Translations under genes and position numbers: made by a program | Source: Mobula birostris | Taxonomy: Eukaryota | Length of the DNA stretch: 64,000 nt | Assembly: GCF_030028105.1 (NCBI RefSeq) | Contig: NC_092382.1 | Coordinates: 100,766,699-100,830,698 of the forward strand | Reading direction: 5' to 3' | In this document: in pieces, positions 1 through 12,905 of the stretch | How the letters are laid out: every line of letters starts with the position of its first letter | Position numbering within the stretch: position 1 is the stretch's first letter | Notes under the pieces: generated by a model | Database searches by the model: none | What the model was told of the DNA's origin: nothing | What the model saw: the letters and a program-made list of their open reading frames with translations, nothing else

Positions 1-188
1 TGGAAGCACATTGCAGGCAGCCCAGCAGTCTCCGGGTAAAAATAATGCTCGCCCCTCTCACCTTAAGCGCACGCCCTCCCCACGACGGAGTACTTTTACA
101 CGCGAAGCGTTGACGCCGGAGACAGGGACCGCCACCACCCCAACTCATGCTCTCTTCGCGCTGCTGCTACCGGACCAAAACGGTGCGG

Positions 189-950
189 GAGCCTCAGGAC
201 CCACACCACCAGGTTCAGGGACAGTTATTACAGCTCGACCATCAGGAAGGAGGTACAGGAGGCTCAGGACCCACGCCACCAGGTTCAGGGACAGTTATCA
301 TCCCTCAACCAATAGGAAGGAGGTACAGGAGCCTCAGGACCCACACCACCAGGTTCAGGGACAGTTATCACTCCTCAACCATCAGGAAGGAGGTACAGGA
401 GCCTCAGGACCCACACAACCAGGTTCAGGAACCAGTTATCGCCCCTCAACCATCAGGAAGGAGGCACAGGAGCCCCAGGACCCACACCACCAGGTTCAGG
501 GACAGTTATCACCCCTCAACCATCAGGAAGGAGGGACAGGAGCTTCAGGACCCACACAACCAGGTTCAGAAACAGTTATTAACCCACAACCATCAGGAAG
601 GAGGTACAGGAGCCTCAGGACCCACACCACCAGGTTCAGGGACAGTTATCACCCCTCAACCATCAGGAAGGAGGGACAGGAGCTTCAGGACCCACAACAC
701 CAGGTTCAGGAACAGTTATCACCCCTCAACCATCAGGAAGGAGGTACAGGAGCCTCAGGACCCACACCACCAGGTTCAGGGACAGTTATCACCCCTCAAC
801 CAGCAGGAAGGAGGGACAGGAGCTTCAAGACCCACACAACCAGGTTCAGAAACAGTTATCACCCCTCAACCATCAGGAAGGAGGTACAGGAGCCTCAGGA
901 CTCACACCACCAGTGTCAGGGAAAGTTATTAACTCTCAACCATCAGGCTC
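189..950 (+). repeat. 70-bp tandem array (~11 copies) derived from the 3' end of an L2-type LINE
   Basis: GAGCCTCAGG recurs at 189, 259, 329, 399 and onward. The unit translates PSGRRYRSLRTHTTRFRNSYHPSTIR, typical of L2-clade RT C-termini. The array exits into non-repeated CCATCAGGCTCTTGAA. Confidence 0.85.
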
Positions 951-1319
951 TTGAAACAGAGGGGATAACCTCTCTCAACTTCACTTGCCCCATACCCGAT
1001 CTCTTCCCACAAGCTCCCGTCTCACTTTCGAGGACTCCTCATCTTATGCTTCGATATTTGTTGATTACTTTTTACTTGTTATTATTATTTCTTTATTTTC
1101 GTATTTGCAAACTGGTTGAACGCCCAAGTTGGCGCGCTCTTTATGGTTCTGTTATGGTTATTGCTCTGTTAATTATTTATCATTATAGTATCCAGGGTGC
1201 CCGCAAGAAAATGAATTTCGGGATTGTGTGTGTGTATGTACACTATGATAATAAATTTACTTTGAACTTTGAACTTTGGAACTGGCCATTTCCACACTGC
1301 TATACAACCATATAACAAT

Positions 1320-2690
1320 TACATCACGGATACAGACCATCTCGGTCCTTCTAGTCCATGCCGAATTCTCACCCTATCCTAGTCCCACCGACCTGCACTC
1401 AGTCCCCATAACCCTCCATTCCTTTCCTGTCCCTATATCTATCCAATTTAATTTTAAACGACAACATCGAACCTGCCTCAACCACTTCTCGTTCCACACA
1501 GCTACCACTCTCTGAGTAAAGAAGTTCCCCCTCATGTTACCCCTAAACTTCTGCCCTTTAACTCTCAACCCATATCCTCTTGTTTGAACGTTCTCTACTC
1601 TCAGTGGAAAAAGTCTAACAACATCAACTCTATCAATCCCCCTCATAATTTTAAACACCTCTATCAAGTCCCCCCTCAACCTTCTACATTCCAAAGAATA
1701 AAGACCCAACTTGTTCAACCTTTCTCTGCAACTTAGGAGATGAAACACAGGCAACATTTTAGTAAACCGCCTCTGTACTCTCTCAATTTTATTGTCATCT
1801 TTCCTATAATTCGGTGACCAGAACTGTACATAATACTCCAGATTTGGCCTTAACATTGCCTTGTATAATTTCAACATTACATCCCAACTACTATACTCAG
1901 TGCTCTGATTAATAAAGGCCAGCATACCAAATGCTTTCTTCACCACCCTATCCACATGAGATTCCACCTTCAGGGAACTATGCAACATTATTCCTAGATC
2001 CCTCTGCTCTACAGCATTTTTTCATGCCCTACCATTTACCATGTATGTCCTATTTTGATTAGTTCTACCAAAATGTAGCACTTCACATTTTTAAGCATTA
2101 AACTTCATCTGCCATCTTGCAGCCCACTCTTCTAACTGGCCAAAATCTCTCTGCAAGTTCTGAAAACCTACTTCATTATCCACAACTCCACCTATCTTAG
2201 TATCATCTGCATACTTACTAGTCCAATTTACCACCCCATCATCCAGATCATTAATATATATTACAAACAACATTGGACCCAGTACAGATCCCTGAGGAAC
2301 ACCGCTACACGCCAATCTGACACACAGTTATCCCCCACTACCCTCTGGCGTCTCCTGTCCAGCCACTACTGAATCCATTTTACTACTTCCATATTAATGC
2401 CTAACGACTGAACTTTCCTAACTAACCTTCCGCGTGGAACCTTGTCAAAGGCTTTACTGCAGTCCATATAGACAACATCCACCGCTTTACCCTCGTCACC
2501 GCTTAGTAACCTCATCAAAAAATTAATAAGGTTTGTCAAACATGACCTTCCACGCACAAATCCATGTTGACTGTTCCTAATCAGACCCCGTCTATCCAGA
2601 TAATTATATATACCATTTCTAAGAATACTTTCCATCAATTTACCCAGCACTGACGTCAAACTCACGCGATGATAATTGCTAGGTTTGCTC
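1320..2690 (-). mobile_element. CR1 LINE RT fragment, degenerate
   Basis: Minus-strand ORFs 2366-2665, 2091-2315 and 1374-1988 carry [31 protein letters not shown] and LEYYVQFWSP motifs, separated by frameshifts. Confidence 0.9.
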
Positions 2691-2959
2691 TTTTTACTCT
2701 GGTAGAAAAACGTAGCAGATGTCTCTCATCAAATTACTATTTATACCTCTGCGATGTCTTTCCTTTATTTCCTTTTTCTTCCAACCTCTCCTTCTAGCAC
2801 ATGCCTCTAATCCAGGGAGTATCCCAAATGGACGTATTCTGCACCCTTTCTTAAGCCTCTGCGGCTGTCCCGTAACGGGGAGATCAGAATTTAATGCAAT
2901 ATCCCAGACGTGGCTTTGCGTTTTCTCTCCTAGGGCAGAATTTGGCTAATACCGGAGGT

Positions 2960-3570
2960 GGGATCATAAATTTAAAGTGATTAGAGGAAAGTATTGGGGG
3001 TGGGGGTGGGTGTCAGAGATATTTTCTCGACAGTGGCGGGTACGTGGAACTGTTTGTAGAGGGAGATGCAGGAAGGATATAAATAAGGTTGAAAGAGTGC
3101 AGAGAAGGTTTACAAGGATGTTGCCGGGACTTGAGAAACTCAGTTACAGAGAAAGGTTGAATAGGTTTGGACTTTATTCCTTGGAGCGTAGAAGAATGAG
3201 GGGAGATTTGATAGAGGTATATAAAATTATGATGGGTATAGATAGAGTGAATGCAAGCAGGCTTTTTCCACTGAGGCAAGGGGAGAAAAAAACCTGAGGA
3301 CATGGGTTTAGGGTGGGGGGGGGAGTTTAAAGAGAACATTAGGGGGGGCTTCTTCACACAGAGAGTGGTGGGAGTATGGAATGAGCTGCCAGACGAGGTG
3401 GCAAATGCGGGTTCTGTTTTAACATTTAAGAATAAATTGGACAGATACATGGATGGGAGGTGTATGGAGGGTTATGGTCCGTGTGCAGGTCAGTGGGACT
3501 AGGCAGAAAATGGTTCGGCACAGCCAAGAAGGGCCAAAAGGCCTGTTTTTGTGCTGTAGTTTCCATGGTT
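2960..3570 (+). mobile_element. CR1 LINE 3' fragment
   Basis: RKDINKVERVQRRFTRMLPGL and FFTQRVVGVWNELP, followed by the 3' tail. Confidence 0.85.
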
Positions 3571-4215
3571 CTATGGTTTCTAGGCTCTCGACGCCCAGGG
3601 CATGCTTTCATCTCTGCCACCGGGGAGAGTGGGGTGCAGAAGCCCGAAGAGACACACACTCAACGTGCCACGGACAGCTTCCTCCCCCTCAGTTCGGATT
3701 TCGGGACATTTCAAAACTCTCAGATAGAGACGTGGATGATAGAAAAAAATGAGGGCTTCATGCAGATTGATCTGAAAGCAGGCGGAGTGGGCAGCACGGC
3801 ATTGTGGGCCCAAGGGCCTGAGCTGCGCCGTACTGTTCTACCCTTTAACTTCAGTCTTGTAAAGCTGCATCATAACTTCTGGACTCTGTTTCCTCGACGG
3901 AGGCCTCTATCCAGCTTAAGGACATCCGCCGTGCACCAACCCTGTTCTTCCTTTTTTGCATTTTTATTTCTCCCTGAGACCGCGGGAGGGGCGTGAGATC
4001 CCGGGGAAGTCAGAGGGGCAGTCCAGGTTCCAGACACAGATACTAACAGCACTGGAAGTTGAGGTTGAACGGGGGATTGCGGAACAGGGAGATCAACTCC
4101 CTTATCGGTTATCATCTTGCTGTGCCTCCCGAGATATTAACGTAACTTTATCCCCCGACCCGTGTTCCTGCCCGGGGCTTAACTTTCAAAGGGGCCTCGA
4201 GCCAGATTAATTGAC

Positions 4216-4265
4216 TTGAGGCAACTGACTTTGTCCCCTTTCCGAAGTTTGCTTCTCTCCCGTGA
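4216..4265 (-). pseudogene. TRBJ: TCR beta J segment, probable pseudogene (EANFGKGTKSVAS)
   Basis: In-frame FGKGT motif, paralogous to the J at 6578-6627. L>S changes, a weak donor (GTCAAT) and no CAC heptamer at the expected position. The 5' boundary is approximate. Confidence 0.7.
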
Positions 4266-4328
4266 AGTCAGCCCCAACGATAAGATAGAGCAAGGAAGGA
4301 GACAGGAGAGTAGAGGAGTGTGTGGGGG

Positions 4329-4381
<53 letters not shown>

Positions 4382-5499
4382 GGAAAAAGGGCAGAGAGGG
4401 TGGCAGAGAGAGAGGTGTGGGGAGACGGAATGACATACAGAGAGAGAATGAGAGAGAGAGAGAGAGAGAGAAGACATAAAGGGAGAGAGCGAGCGGTAGA
4501 GAGGTAGAGAGAGCGAGGGAGTGAATCAGAAAGAGGGGGACAGGGAGAACGAGAGCTGAAAGGGGGGAATAGAGAGAGGGACAGAGAGAGAGAATGAGTG
4601 AGAGTGAGAGTGATAGGGAGAGGGAAAGAGGGAGCGACAGGGAGACAGAGAGAATGAGGGAGAGAAAGATAGAGATAGAGACGGATATAGACAGAGAGAT
4701 AACGAAAGAGAGGGAGTGGGAGAGAGAAAGGGAGCGATTATGGGTCAGGGTAGAGAAAGGCAGAGAGGGGAAAGAGAGGGGAGTGGGAAAAAGAGAGGCG
4801 GAGAGACAGAGGAAGACAGGCAGAGAGAGAGAGGGTAGAGAGGATGAAAGAAGGTGTGTGTGAGAAAGACGGAAGATAGGAGTGTCGGGAGGGAAGCAGC
4901 GAGAGAGAGAGAAGGGAAAAAGAGCTGTAGAGGAGGAATGGTGGAAGAGGGGAGATGAAAGGAGAGAGAATTGAGGGAAGAGAAAAAGAGTGGAAGGTGA
5001 GGGAGAGAGGCAGGGAGAAGTAAGAGAGGAGACAGGAAGAGGGTAGAAGGGAAAAGGGGGGAATGACAGCGGGTAGAGAGAGGAGACAATGAGGACACAG
5101 TGGGGAAAGAGAAAGGTCGGATGGAGAGTGCGGGGATAGAAGGAAGAGAGAGAAAGCAAAGGGGAAAGAGGTCTGGAGTGTCAAGTGGAGGGAGAGAGAA
5201 GGTGAGGAGGCACGTGGAAAGAGAGCGGGGAGAGAAGGCAGCGAATGGGAGACAAGGGTAGAGGTGCGTGGGAGAGAGTGAGCCTGGGGGGGCGGGGTCG
5301 GGAGCTTGGGGAGAAGGATAGAGCAAGGGACGAGAGAGAATAGAGAAAAGGTGACCAAGAAAGGGAGAAATAGAAGGATATGGCCATTGAGGAGGCAGAA
5401 GAGATTAGTGTCGTTGGACATTTGATTACCAACGGCACTGGTCTGGCAAGGCATTGTGGGTAGTCCGTTCGCCTGCGACACTGTTCTATAGTCTAAGCT

Positions 5500-6150
5500 C
5501 CAATAGACACAGAAACATAGAAAACACACAGCACAATACAGGCCCTTCGGCCCACAAAGCTGTGCCGAACATGTCCCTACCTTAGAACTACCTAGGCTTT
5601 ACCCACAGCCCTCTATTCTTCTAAGCTCCATGCACCTATCCAGAAGTCTCTTAAAAGACCCTATCGTATCCTCCTCCACAGCCGCCGACGGCAGCCCGTT
5701 CCACACTCTCACCACTCTCTGCGTAAAAAACTTACCCCTGTACCTACTTCCAAACACCTTAAAACTGTGGCCTCTTGTGCTAGCCATTTCAGCCCTGGGG
5801 GAAAAGCCCCTGACTATCCACACGATCAATGCCTCTCATCACCTTATACACTTCTATCAGGTTACCTCTCATCCTCCGTCGCTCCAAGGAGAAAAGGCCG
5901 AGTTCACTCAACCTATTCTCATAAGACATGCTCCCCAATCCAGGCAACATCCTTGTAAATCTCCTCTGCACCCTTTCTATGGTTTCCACGTCCTTCCTAT
6001 AGTGAGGCGACCAAAACTGAGCACAGTACTCCAAGTGGGGTCTGACCAGGGTCCTATATATCTGCAACATTACCTCTCGGCTGCTAAACTCAATCTCACG
6101 ATTGTTGAAGGTCAAAACACCGTATGCCTTCTTAACCACTGACTCAAAGT
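5500..6150 (-). mobile_element. CR1 LINE 3' fragment
   Basis: ORF 5789-6139 (LVRPHLEYCAQFWSPHYRKD) and ORF 5599-5829 (FFTQRVVRVWNGLP). Confidence 0.9.
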
Positions 6151-6244
6151 GCTCAGCAGCTTTGAGAGAGAGGGATATATGAGAGAGAGAGAGATGACCA
6201 GAGATTGATGCCTAACATACGGATTTCTGTACACACGAACCTAC

Positions 6245-6293
6245 CTAAGACCGCTAGTTTCGTTCCCGCTCCGAAGTTGTGCACGCCAGAGAA
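6245..6293 (-). CDS. TRBJ: TCR beta J gene segment (FSGVHNFGAGTKLAVL-G)
   Basis: FGxGT motif; donor GTAGGT at 6244-6239. RSS read on +: CACAGAG (6294-6300), 12 bp, ATTGAAACC (6313-6321). Confidence 0.93.
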
Positions 6294-6577
6294 CACAGAG
6301 TTAACTCCGCGTATTGAAACCGCCACCCCGCTCCCCCCGCCGTCAGACGTGCTTGCAAACAACCTTCCACAATCAACGGGGAAGAGAGGCCCCAGCGGAA
6401 AGGCAGACGCGAGATCGGAGGGCGGGAAGGAGGGGGCATCGAGAGCCGGGTGGGTTTCGTATCAAACCTTGCCGACCCTCTCGAGATATTAACTTAAATT
6501 CCCCCCCCCCACCGCCCCCGAAATGCGTTCCTGCCCGAGGTTAATTCCTGCAGGTCTGCAAGAACAGACTCGCTTAC

Positions 6578-6627
6578 CTAAGGCAACTAACTTGGTCCCC
6601 GTTCCGAAGTAAGCTTCCCTCTCAGAG
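6578..6627 (-). CDS. TRBJ: TCR beta J gene segment (SEREAYFGTGTKLVAL-G)
   Basis: EAYFGxGTKL motif; donor GTAAG at 6577-6573. RSS CACGGTA (6628-6634), 12 bp, weak nonamer AGCAAATCG. Confidence 0.92.
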
Positions 6628-7319
6628 CACGGTAGCAGCAGCCCCGAGCAAATCGCCTTCTTGCCTTAGGGGGGCTTCGGTCCCCAACTGGGCAGACTCA
6701 AAGATAAGATGCAGATAAGGTGACAGTAGATGAAGGGAGAGCGGGAGAAAGAGAAGGAGAGTGGGAGAAGGAGGGGGGGGGGGAGATAGAGAGAGACAAG
6801 GAGAGGGAGAGGCTGCAAACAGGAGGGAGAGGGAAAGACAGAGAGAGGGAGAGAGAGAGAAGAAGAGGTGAGAGGAGGGAGGGAGATGGAGAGGGTGTGA
6901 GAAAGATATACAGAGAGAATTTCACATAAAGAGCGACAGAGAGGGAGAGAAACAGAGCGAAGGAAAGAGAGAATGAGATACAGGGAATGAGTGAAAGAGG
7001 GGAAAGAAAAAGAGAGAGGACGANNNNNNNNNNNNNNNNNNNNNNNNNNNNNNNNNNNNNNNNNNNNNNNNNNNNNNNNNNNNNNNNNNNNNNNNNNNNN
7101 NNNNNNNNNNNNNNNNNNNNNNNNNNNNNNNNNNNNNNNNNNNNNNNNNNNNNNNGATTGGGAGAGGGAGAGGGTAAAGAGTAGGACAGAGAGAGAATGG
7201 GTGAAAGAGAGACAAGGAGACAGAGAGAACAGAATAGGATAGGGAAGTGGGGGTAGAGTGCGAAGAGAGGACGAAGGAGACGGGGAGAGCGTGGAGGACA
7301 GAAAAAAGGAATAAAGGCA

Positions 7320-7780
7320 TACAGAGAGTGTCTATAGGGCGAAGATTGGGGGTTATATGGGAGGCAGGATTTAAGGGTCGCACAACATTGTGGGCCGAAG
7401 GGCCTGTACTGTGCTGTACTGTTCTATGTTCTATGTTTTAAGAAGGTGAGAGAGAAGCTGGACATAGAACATGGAGCATAGAACATAGAATAGTAAAGCA
7501 CAGTACAGGCCCTTCGGCCCACAATGTTGACCTCTCTTATATAACCCCCCCACCTTAAAGTCCTCCATATGCCTGTCTAGTAGTCTCTTAAACTTCACGT
7601 GTGTATCTGCCTCCACCACTGACCCAGGCAGTGCATTCCACGCACCAACCACTCTCTGAGTAAAAAATCTTCCTCTAATATCTTTCTTGAACTTCCCACC
7701 CCTTAGCTTAAAGCCATGTCCTCTTGTATTGAGCAGTGGTGCCCTGGGGAAGAGGCGCTGGCTGTCCACTCTATCTATTC
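7320..7780 (-). mobile_element. CR1 LINE 3' fragment
   Basis: ORF 7431-7769 (DSQRLFPRAP...FFTQRVVGAWNALP) plus tail repeats. Confidence 0.85.
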
Positions 7781-8489
7781 CTCAAAGAAATAGAGAAACA
7801 GTGAGAGAGAGGAGAGAGGAGGTCGGGAGAAGGAAGTGGAGAGATGAACGGTGGGAGCGAGGATAGAAGGAGAAGAATAGGGAGCAAGGTTGCGAGAAAA
7901 AGCGATAGAGAGGGAGGAAGGAGAGAGTGGAGGGAAACGAGCGGAAGGTGGAGGAGCGAGGTCGGGAAAAGAAAGAGAATAGAGGGAAATAGCGAGGGGA
8001 TTGTGGAAAGAGAGAAACAGAGACAGAGAGGGAGGGAGAGAGAGAAGGTAGAGAGAGGGGACAATGAGGACAGAGTAGGGTGGATTGAAGAGCGCGGGGA
8101 TAGAAAGAAGCAAGAGGAAATGATGGAAGCAGAGAGAGCAGAGAGATAATTGAAGCAGGAGGTAGAGAATGGGGAGGGAGGGAGAGTGAAGAGGAGAAGG
8201 CATGTGGAAAGAGAGGGAGGGAGGGGAGAGAAAGCGACGTCTGTAAGACAGGGTAGAGATTTATGGAGTGAGTGCGAACTGGGCGGTTGAGAGGGAGAAT
8301 GATGAAGCAAGGGATGAAAGATACTAGAAATAAGTGACCTAGAAAGAGAGAAGTAGGAGGTAAATGGACGCATATGGTAATTGAGTAGGTCGAAGGGATT
8401 AGTATCGTTAGACGCCATTGGTTTGGCAAGGCATTGTGGGGGACCTGTATGCCTGCTCCACTGTTCTATAGTCTATGGTTTAAAAGAAA

Positions 8490-8960
8490 CAGAAAAGGTA
8501 AACATGGAGTCCGTCATATAAACCCTTCCAGGAATGAGAGGGTTACCGTATGAGGAACGTCTGACAGCTCTTGGGCTGTATTCCCTGGAGTTCAGGAGAA
8601 TGAGGGGGGATCTCATAGAAGCATACCGAAAGTTAAAAGGCCCGAAGAGATTAGATATGGCAAAGTTATTTCCCATGGTCGGGGAGTCTAGGACAAGAGG
8701 GCACGACTTCAAGGACGTCCTTTTAGAACTGAGATGCGTAGAAATTACTTTAGTCAGATGGTGGTATATCTGTGGAATTTGTTGCCATGAGTCATTGGGT
8801 GCATTTAAGGCAGAGATACACAGGTTCTTGACTAGCCAGGGCACCAAAGGGCATGGGGTGAAAGCAGACGAGCGGGGATCACCGGAAGAATTTGATCAGG
8901 CCATTATGGAATGGTGGAGCAGACTCGATGGGCCGAATTAAGACCATAAATCTTATGGTC
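8490..8960 (+). mobile_element. CR1 LINE 3' fragment
   Basis: ORF 8534-8941 (YEERLTALGLYSLEFRRMRGDLIE). Confidence 0.85.
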
Positions 8961-9585
8961 TTATGGTCTTAAATGGATTGAGGTAGAGAATATGTGAGAA
9001 TTGGAGCTGGAGGGAGTGAGGAGAGCAGACAATTAGACTGGGAGGAGCAGAAAAGTGTAGAGAAAGGGTGAGGTACATGGAGTATTGGTATATAGAGAGA
9101 GAGAGAGATAGAGAAAGAGAGGGAATGAAAGGGTGAGAGTGAGCGAGAGAGTGGAAGTTGGAGAGATAGGAGTTAGCTCTAGGGTGACCAAGGAAGGCAA
9201 GAGGGATGGAGAGAGGTACGGAGAAAGGGATGGAGAGGTGGACAGAGAGGCAAGGGTGAAGAAAGTGAGAGAGGAAAGGAGAGAGGGAGGCAGAGAAAAG
9301 GAGAAAGAGAGGGAAGGGATGAGAGGGTGAGGGAGGGAAAGGAGGAGATGGCGCGGGGCAGAGAGAGGGATGGAGGGAGTGAGAGAGTTGGGAAAATCCA
9401 GGAATGAGAGAGAGAGGGTACAGAGAGGTAAGACCAGATGGAGTGAAGGGTGGAAAGAGACAGACTGAGAGGCAGAGGATGAGAGAGTTTGAGGGAGAGA
9501 GAACAAGGCGCGGGATTGGTGAGGGAGACGGTATGAGGGCCGGCTGAGGGGCAGAGAATGAGTGCGCGAGTGTGTGAGGGAGAGG

Positions 9586-9623
<38 letters not shown>

Positions 9624-9830
9624 GAGAGAGTTGATTGTGGAAGGACAGAGAGAAAGAGTTGATAGTGGAAGGAGAGAGAAAGTCAGGGAGAGCGGGATTG
9701 AGTGAGAGAAAGAGAGAGAAGAGTGTGAGTGAGAGAGAGAGAGAGAGACAGAGAGAGAAAGAAGAAAGGATAGAGAGAGAGAGACAGAAATTGATGTCCA
9801 ACGAACGGATTTCTTTGTAAACGAACCTAC

Positions 9831-9880
9831 CTAAGACAGTCAGTTTTGTCCCCGCTCCGAAGTAGTACACATCAGAGGAG
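9831..9880 (-). CDS. TRBJ: TCR beta J gene segment (SSDVYYFGAGTKLTVL-G)
   Basis: YFGAGTKLTVL; donor GTAGGT at 9830-9825. RSS CACAGGG (9881-9887), 12 bp, ATTGAAACC (9900-9908). Confidence 0.95.
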
Positions 9881-11423
9881 CACAGGGGTAACTCCGCATA
9901 TTGAAACCCGCCCCTCCCCCCCACCGTTAGCCGAGCACCCAGGGAACCCCTCAGCCATCATTGGGGGCGGAGAGACCCCAGCGGGAAGGCAGGCACGAAA
10001 TCGAAGGGCAGTGGGGCGGAGGGCAAAGGATTCGGGAGGATTTCGCATCAAACCCCCTCAAGTTATCTGTCTATCTCGTCACCTCGTACCCCTCCTGCAG
10101 AATTCAAGTCCAGCTAAATCACGTCCGTTAGCTGAATGCGGAACAGCACAGGGAGCGGCCTCTCGGCCCATCGCGTCTCTGCCGACCACGATGTTAATTT
10201 AAACTGAGCATGGTCCCTATACCTCCCCCACCGTTCTCTAACCATGCCTGAGCCTGCCTAGCCGCCCCTGAACCACGAACATTATCGTTTCTGTCTCCAC
10301 CAACAGCCCCGGCCGCGAATTCCATGCACCGGACGCTCTCAGGGTCAAGATATCTGCCCTCGTAATTTTTCCTTGCAATCCCCGCCCCCCCCCCCCCCCC
10401 CCCCAGGGCTCACACCGAGCCAGCGGAACAATTCTTGCGCCCCGACCTGTTCGAGATTCACTCCCTGAGAACTGGTTATTGGATAAAATGGCGCTCCTGT
10501 CAGCAAACATGTGCACATCCGGTTATACCTCTCCCTGATGAGCTTAACTTCTCCCCCCTTCTCTCTATCCCAATCTCTCTTTCTCTGTTTTCCGCTCTTT
10601 CCTTTCAACCTCTCTGTTAATTTCCCCCGCTTTCGCTCTCTTTCGGCCCTCTTCACCCTCTCTTCCCCTGTCGTTTCCACCTCCCTCTCCCCCGCTCTCT
10701 TTACCCTCTCCCCCCTCTCTACTTTCCCGCTCCCCCATTCCTCTCCTCTCTCTTCTCCGATCTCCCTCCCCCCATCTCTCTCTCTCTCTCTCTCTCTACC
10801 CGTTCCCTCCTTTTCCTTTTTGTTCCTTTTTGGCCCCTCTTTGCTCTCTCTCTTAGCTTCTAGTTGCCACCTCTTGCCCTTCTTTCTCCCCTTCTCCCCC
10901 TCCTCTCTCTCCCCTCTCTCTCTCTCGCTGCACTCAGCTTTTCTTACCCCCTTCCAGTTCCCCGGTGCCCCCCCCTCCCCTTCACTTACTCTCCTCATCT
11001 TTGCTCCCTATCCTCCTTCCCTCCTCTTCCCTGTCTTTCGCTGTCCCTCTCTCTCCCTTCTCCTCCACATTCTCTCTTGCTCCGTCTCTCCTTCCACTCT
11101 CCATCCTCTCTTCCAATCTTTCTCCCCCCACTCCCACCTACTTCTACCTCTCTCATTCTTTCATGGTCCCCATTCTCCTCTTTTACCACCTCTGTCCCTC
11201 TCTTCCCTTCTTCTACCAATCTCTATCCTGCCACTCTCAACCCTCTGTCGCCCCTTCCCCTTCTCCGCGTCCTCTCTTTCCCTCTTTGTGTCTTAAACAC
11301 TGTTTCTTGCAGCGGTCTCTCCCCTCTCGACCTAGATCGCACCGTTTTCCCCTGGGATGTCCTGCCACATTAACGTGCGCCCCGAGTCTGACTCTGCCAG
11401 CAGTGGACATGACCCCCGCTTAC

Positions 11424-11473
11424 CTAAAACGACCAGCTTTGTCCCGGCTCCGAAGTATGCTTCGTAAGCATTA
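11424..11473 (-). CDS. TRBJ: TCR beta J gene segment (NAYEAYFGAGTKLVVL-G)
   Basis: EAYFGAGTKLVVL; donor GTAAG at 11423-11419. RSS CACACCT (11474-11480), 12 bp, CTCTAAACA. Confidence 0.93.
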
Positions 11474-12212
11474 CACACCTGTACGGGATCGTCTCTAAAC
11501 AAGACCTGGTCCCCAAACTTGTGTTTTGTACACCTGTCGCCATCTGCCCAGTCGGCAGACCACTTCTCTACAGTCAACGAACCAATTTTCCTCAGGTCAC
11601 CTCTCTCCCTCTCTTGTTTTCCCCTAAAATCTCTACCGCCCTCTCCTTTGCTCTCCCTAACACTCTCTCTTGCCTGTCTTCCCTCTCTCCTCTCTTTCAC
11701 CCTTCCCCCTCTCCTTTGCCGTCTCTCCCCCTCGCAGCCCGCTCCGTCTATCTGTCTCCCTCTCCACCTCGTCCCCTGCCCCGCTTAGGTTTCCTTCGCC
11801 CTCTCGTCCTCTTCTCCCATGCCTTTCTCTTCCCTCTCTCCGTCCTCTCTCATGGGTTCCTCCCCCCCCCCTTCTTGCCCTTTGTCTCTAATCTCTTCTT
11901 TCCTCCATCTACTCTCAATCCCTTTATCCCTACCACTCCACCTTTCCCCTTTTTCTATCCCATCCCCTCATTACCTCTCCCCCTCTTTCCATCTCCTCTC
12001 ATTTCTCTCCTCTTCCTCGCTTCCGTCTCTCACTCTGTCTGACTCTCACGCCTCATCCATCTCTCCCTTTCTCTGCCGATTCTCGTCTCTCTCCCCCCCC
12101 CCTCATTTTTCTTCTCTCCCCTCCTCCCCTCCTCCTCCGGCTGTATCTTCGTGTCCCTCAGCCCCTCCGCTCGGAGTCAGCCTCACTCGGCGTCAGACAC
12201 GCACCCGCTTAC

Positions 12213-12262
12213 CTAAAACGACCAGTTTCGTCCCGTCGCCGAAGTAGGCTTCATCGTAATTA
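12213..12262 (-). CDS. TRBJ: TCR beta J gene segment (NYDEAYFGDGTKLVVL-G)
   Basis: EAYFGDGTKLVVL; donor GTAAG at 12212-12208. RSS CACACCG (12263-12269), 12 bp, CTCCAAACA. Confidence 0.93.
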
Positions 12263-12905
12263 CACACCGGTTCGGGGCTGTCTCCAAACAAACCCTGGCC
12301 TCTAACCTTCTGCCTGTGAACCCGCCGCCATCAGCCCTGTTCGTGCACCTCTGATCTTCGCCATTCTCCATCTCTCCCCGCCTCACTCTCTCTCTTCCCC
12401 TTCTTCTCTTCTCACCTCCTCTCCTTCTCCCTCTCGCCGCTCTCCCCTTGTCAGTCTCCCCCCCCTCATTCTCTCTCTCCCTCTACTTTTCCATCTCGCT
12501 CCCTTCCCCCTCTTCTATTTATCTCTCTCCCTTCACCTCATCGTCTCCCTCTCAGGCTTCCCCCGTCTCCCAGTTCTTCTTCTCCATCGTCTCTCCCTAC
12601 CTATCCTCTCTGTCCCTCCAACTCCATTTTTATCCCCGCTCTCTGTTTTCTCCTGTCCACTCACTCCCATCCCGTCTGTCCACCCCCTGTCGACCACTCC
12701 TCTCAATCTCCCCCTCTATTACTCCGCAACTTTCTCTCCCCTGTTCGTCTCAGGCGAAGCTCTCCCGTCGCCCCTCTGCCAAGCTCCATTGCGGGGTTGC
12801 TTCTCGCCCCGAAATCTCCGCCGACATTTAACCCTCCCGCCCGCGGTCGCCCCGCTCCGCACCAAGTCAAATGGACTCAGCATCCAGAAACAAAAGCCGA
12901 CTCAC

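Noticed and set aside
11-1315. 434-aa and 261-aa ORFs as a repetitive protein gene
   Set aside because: They result from a stop-poor 70-bp tandem unit cycling through frames; the unit is an L2 LINE end.
10147-10175. CACAGGG as the RSS of a tenth J
   Set aside because: No FGxG motif next to it, and the context (ACAGCACAG..GGCC..CGGCCCATC..GTCT.TGCCGACC) matches the CR1 3' tail seen elsewhere in the window.
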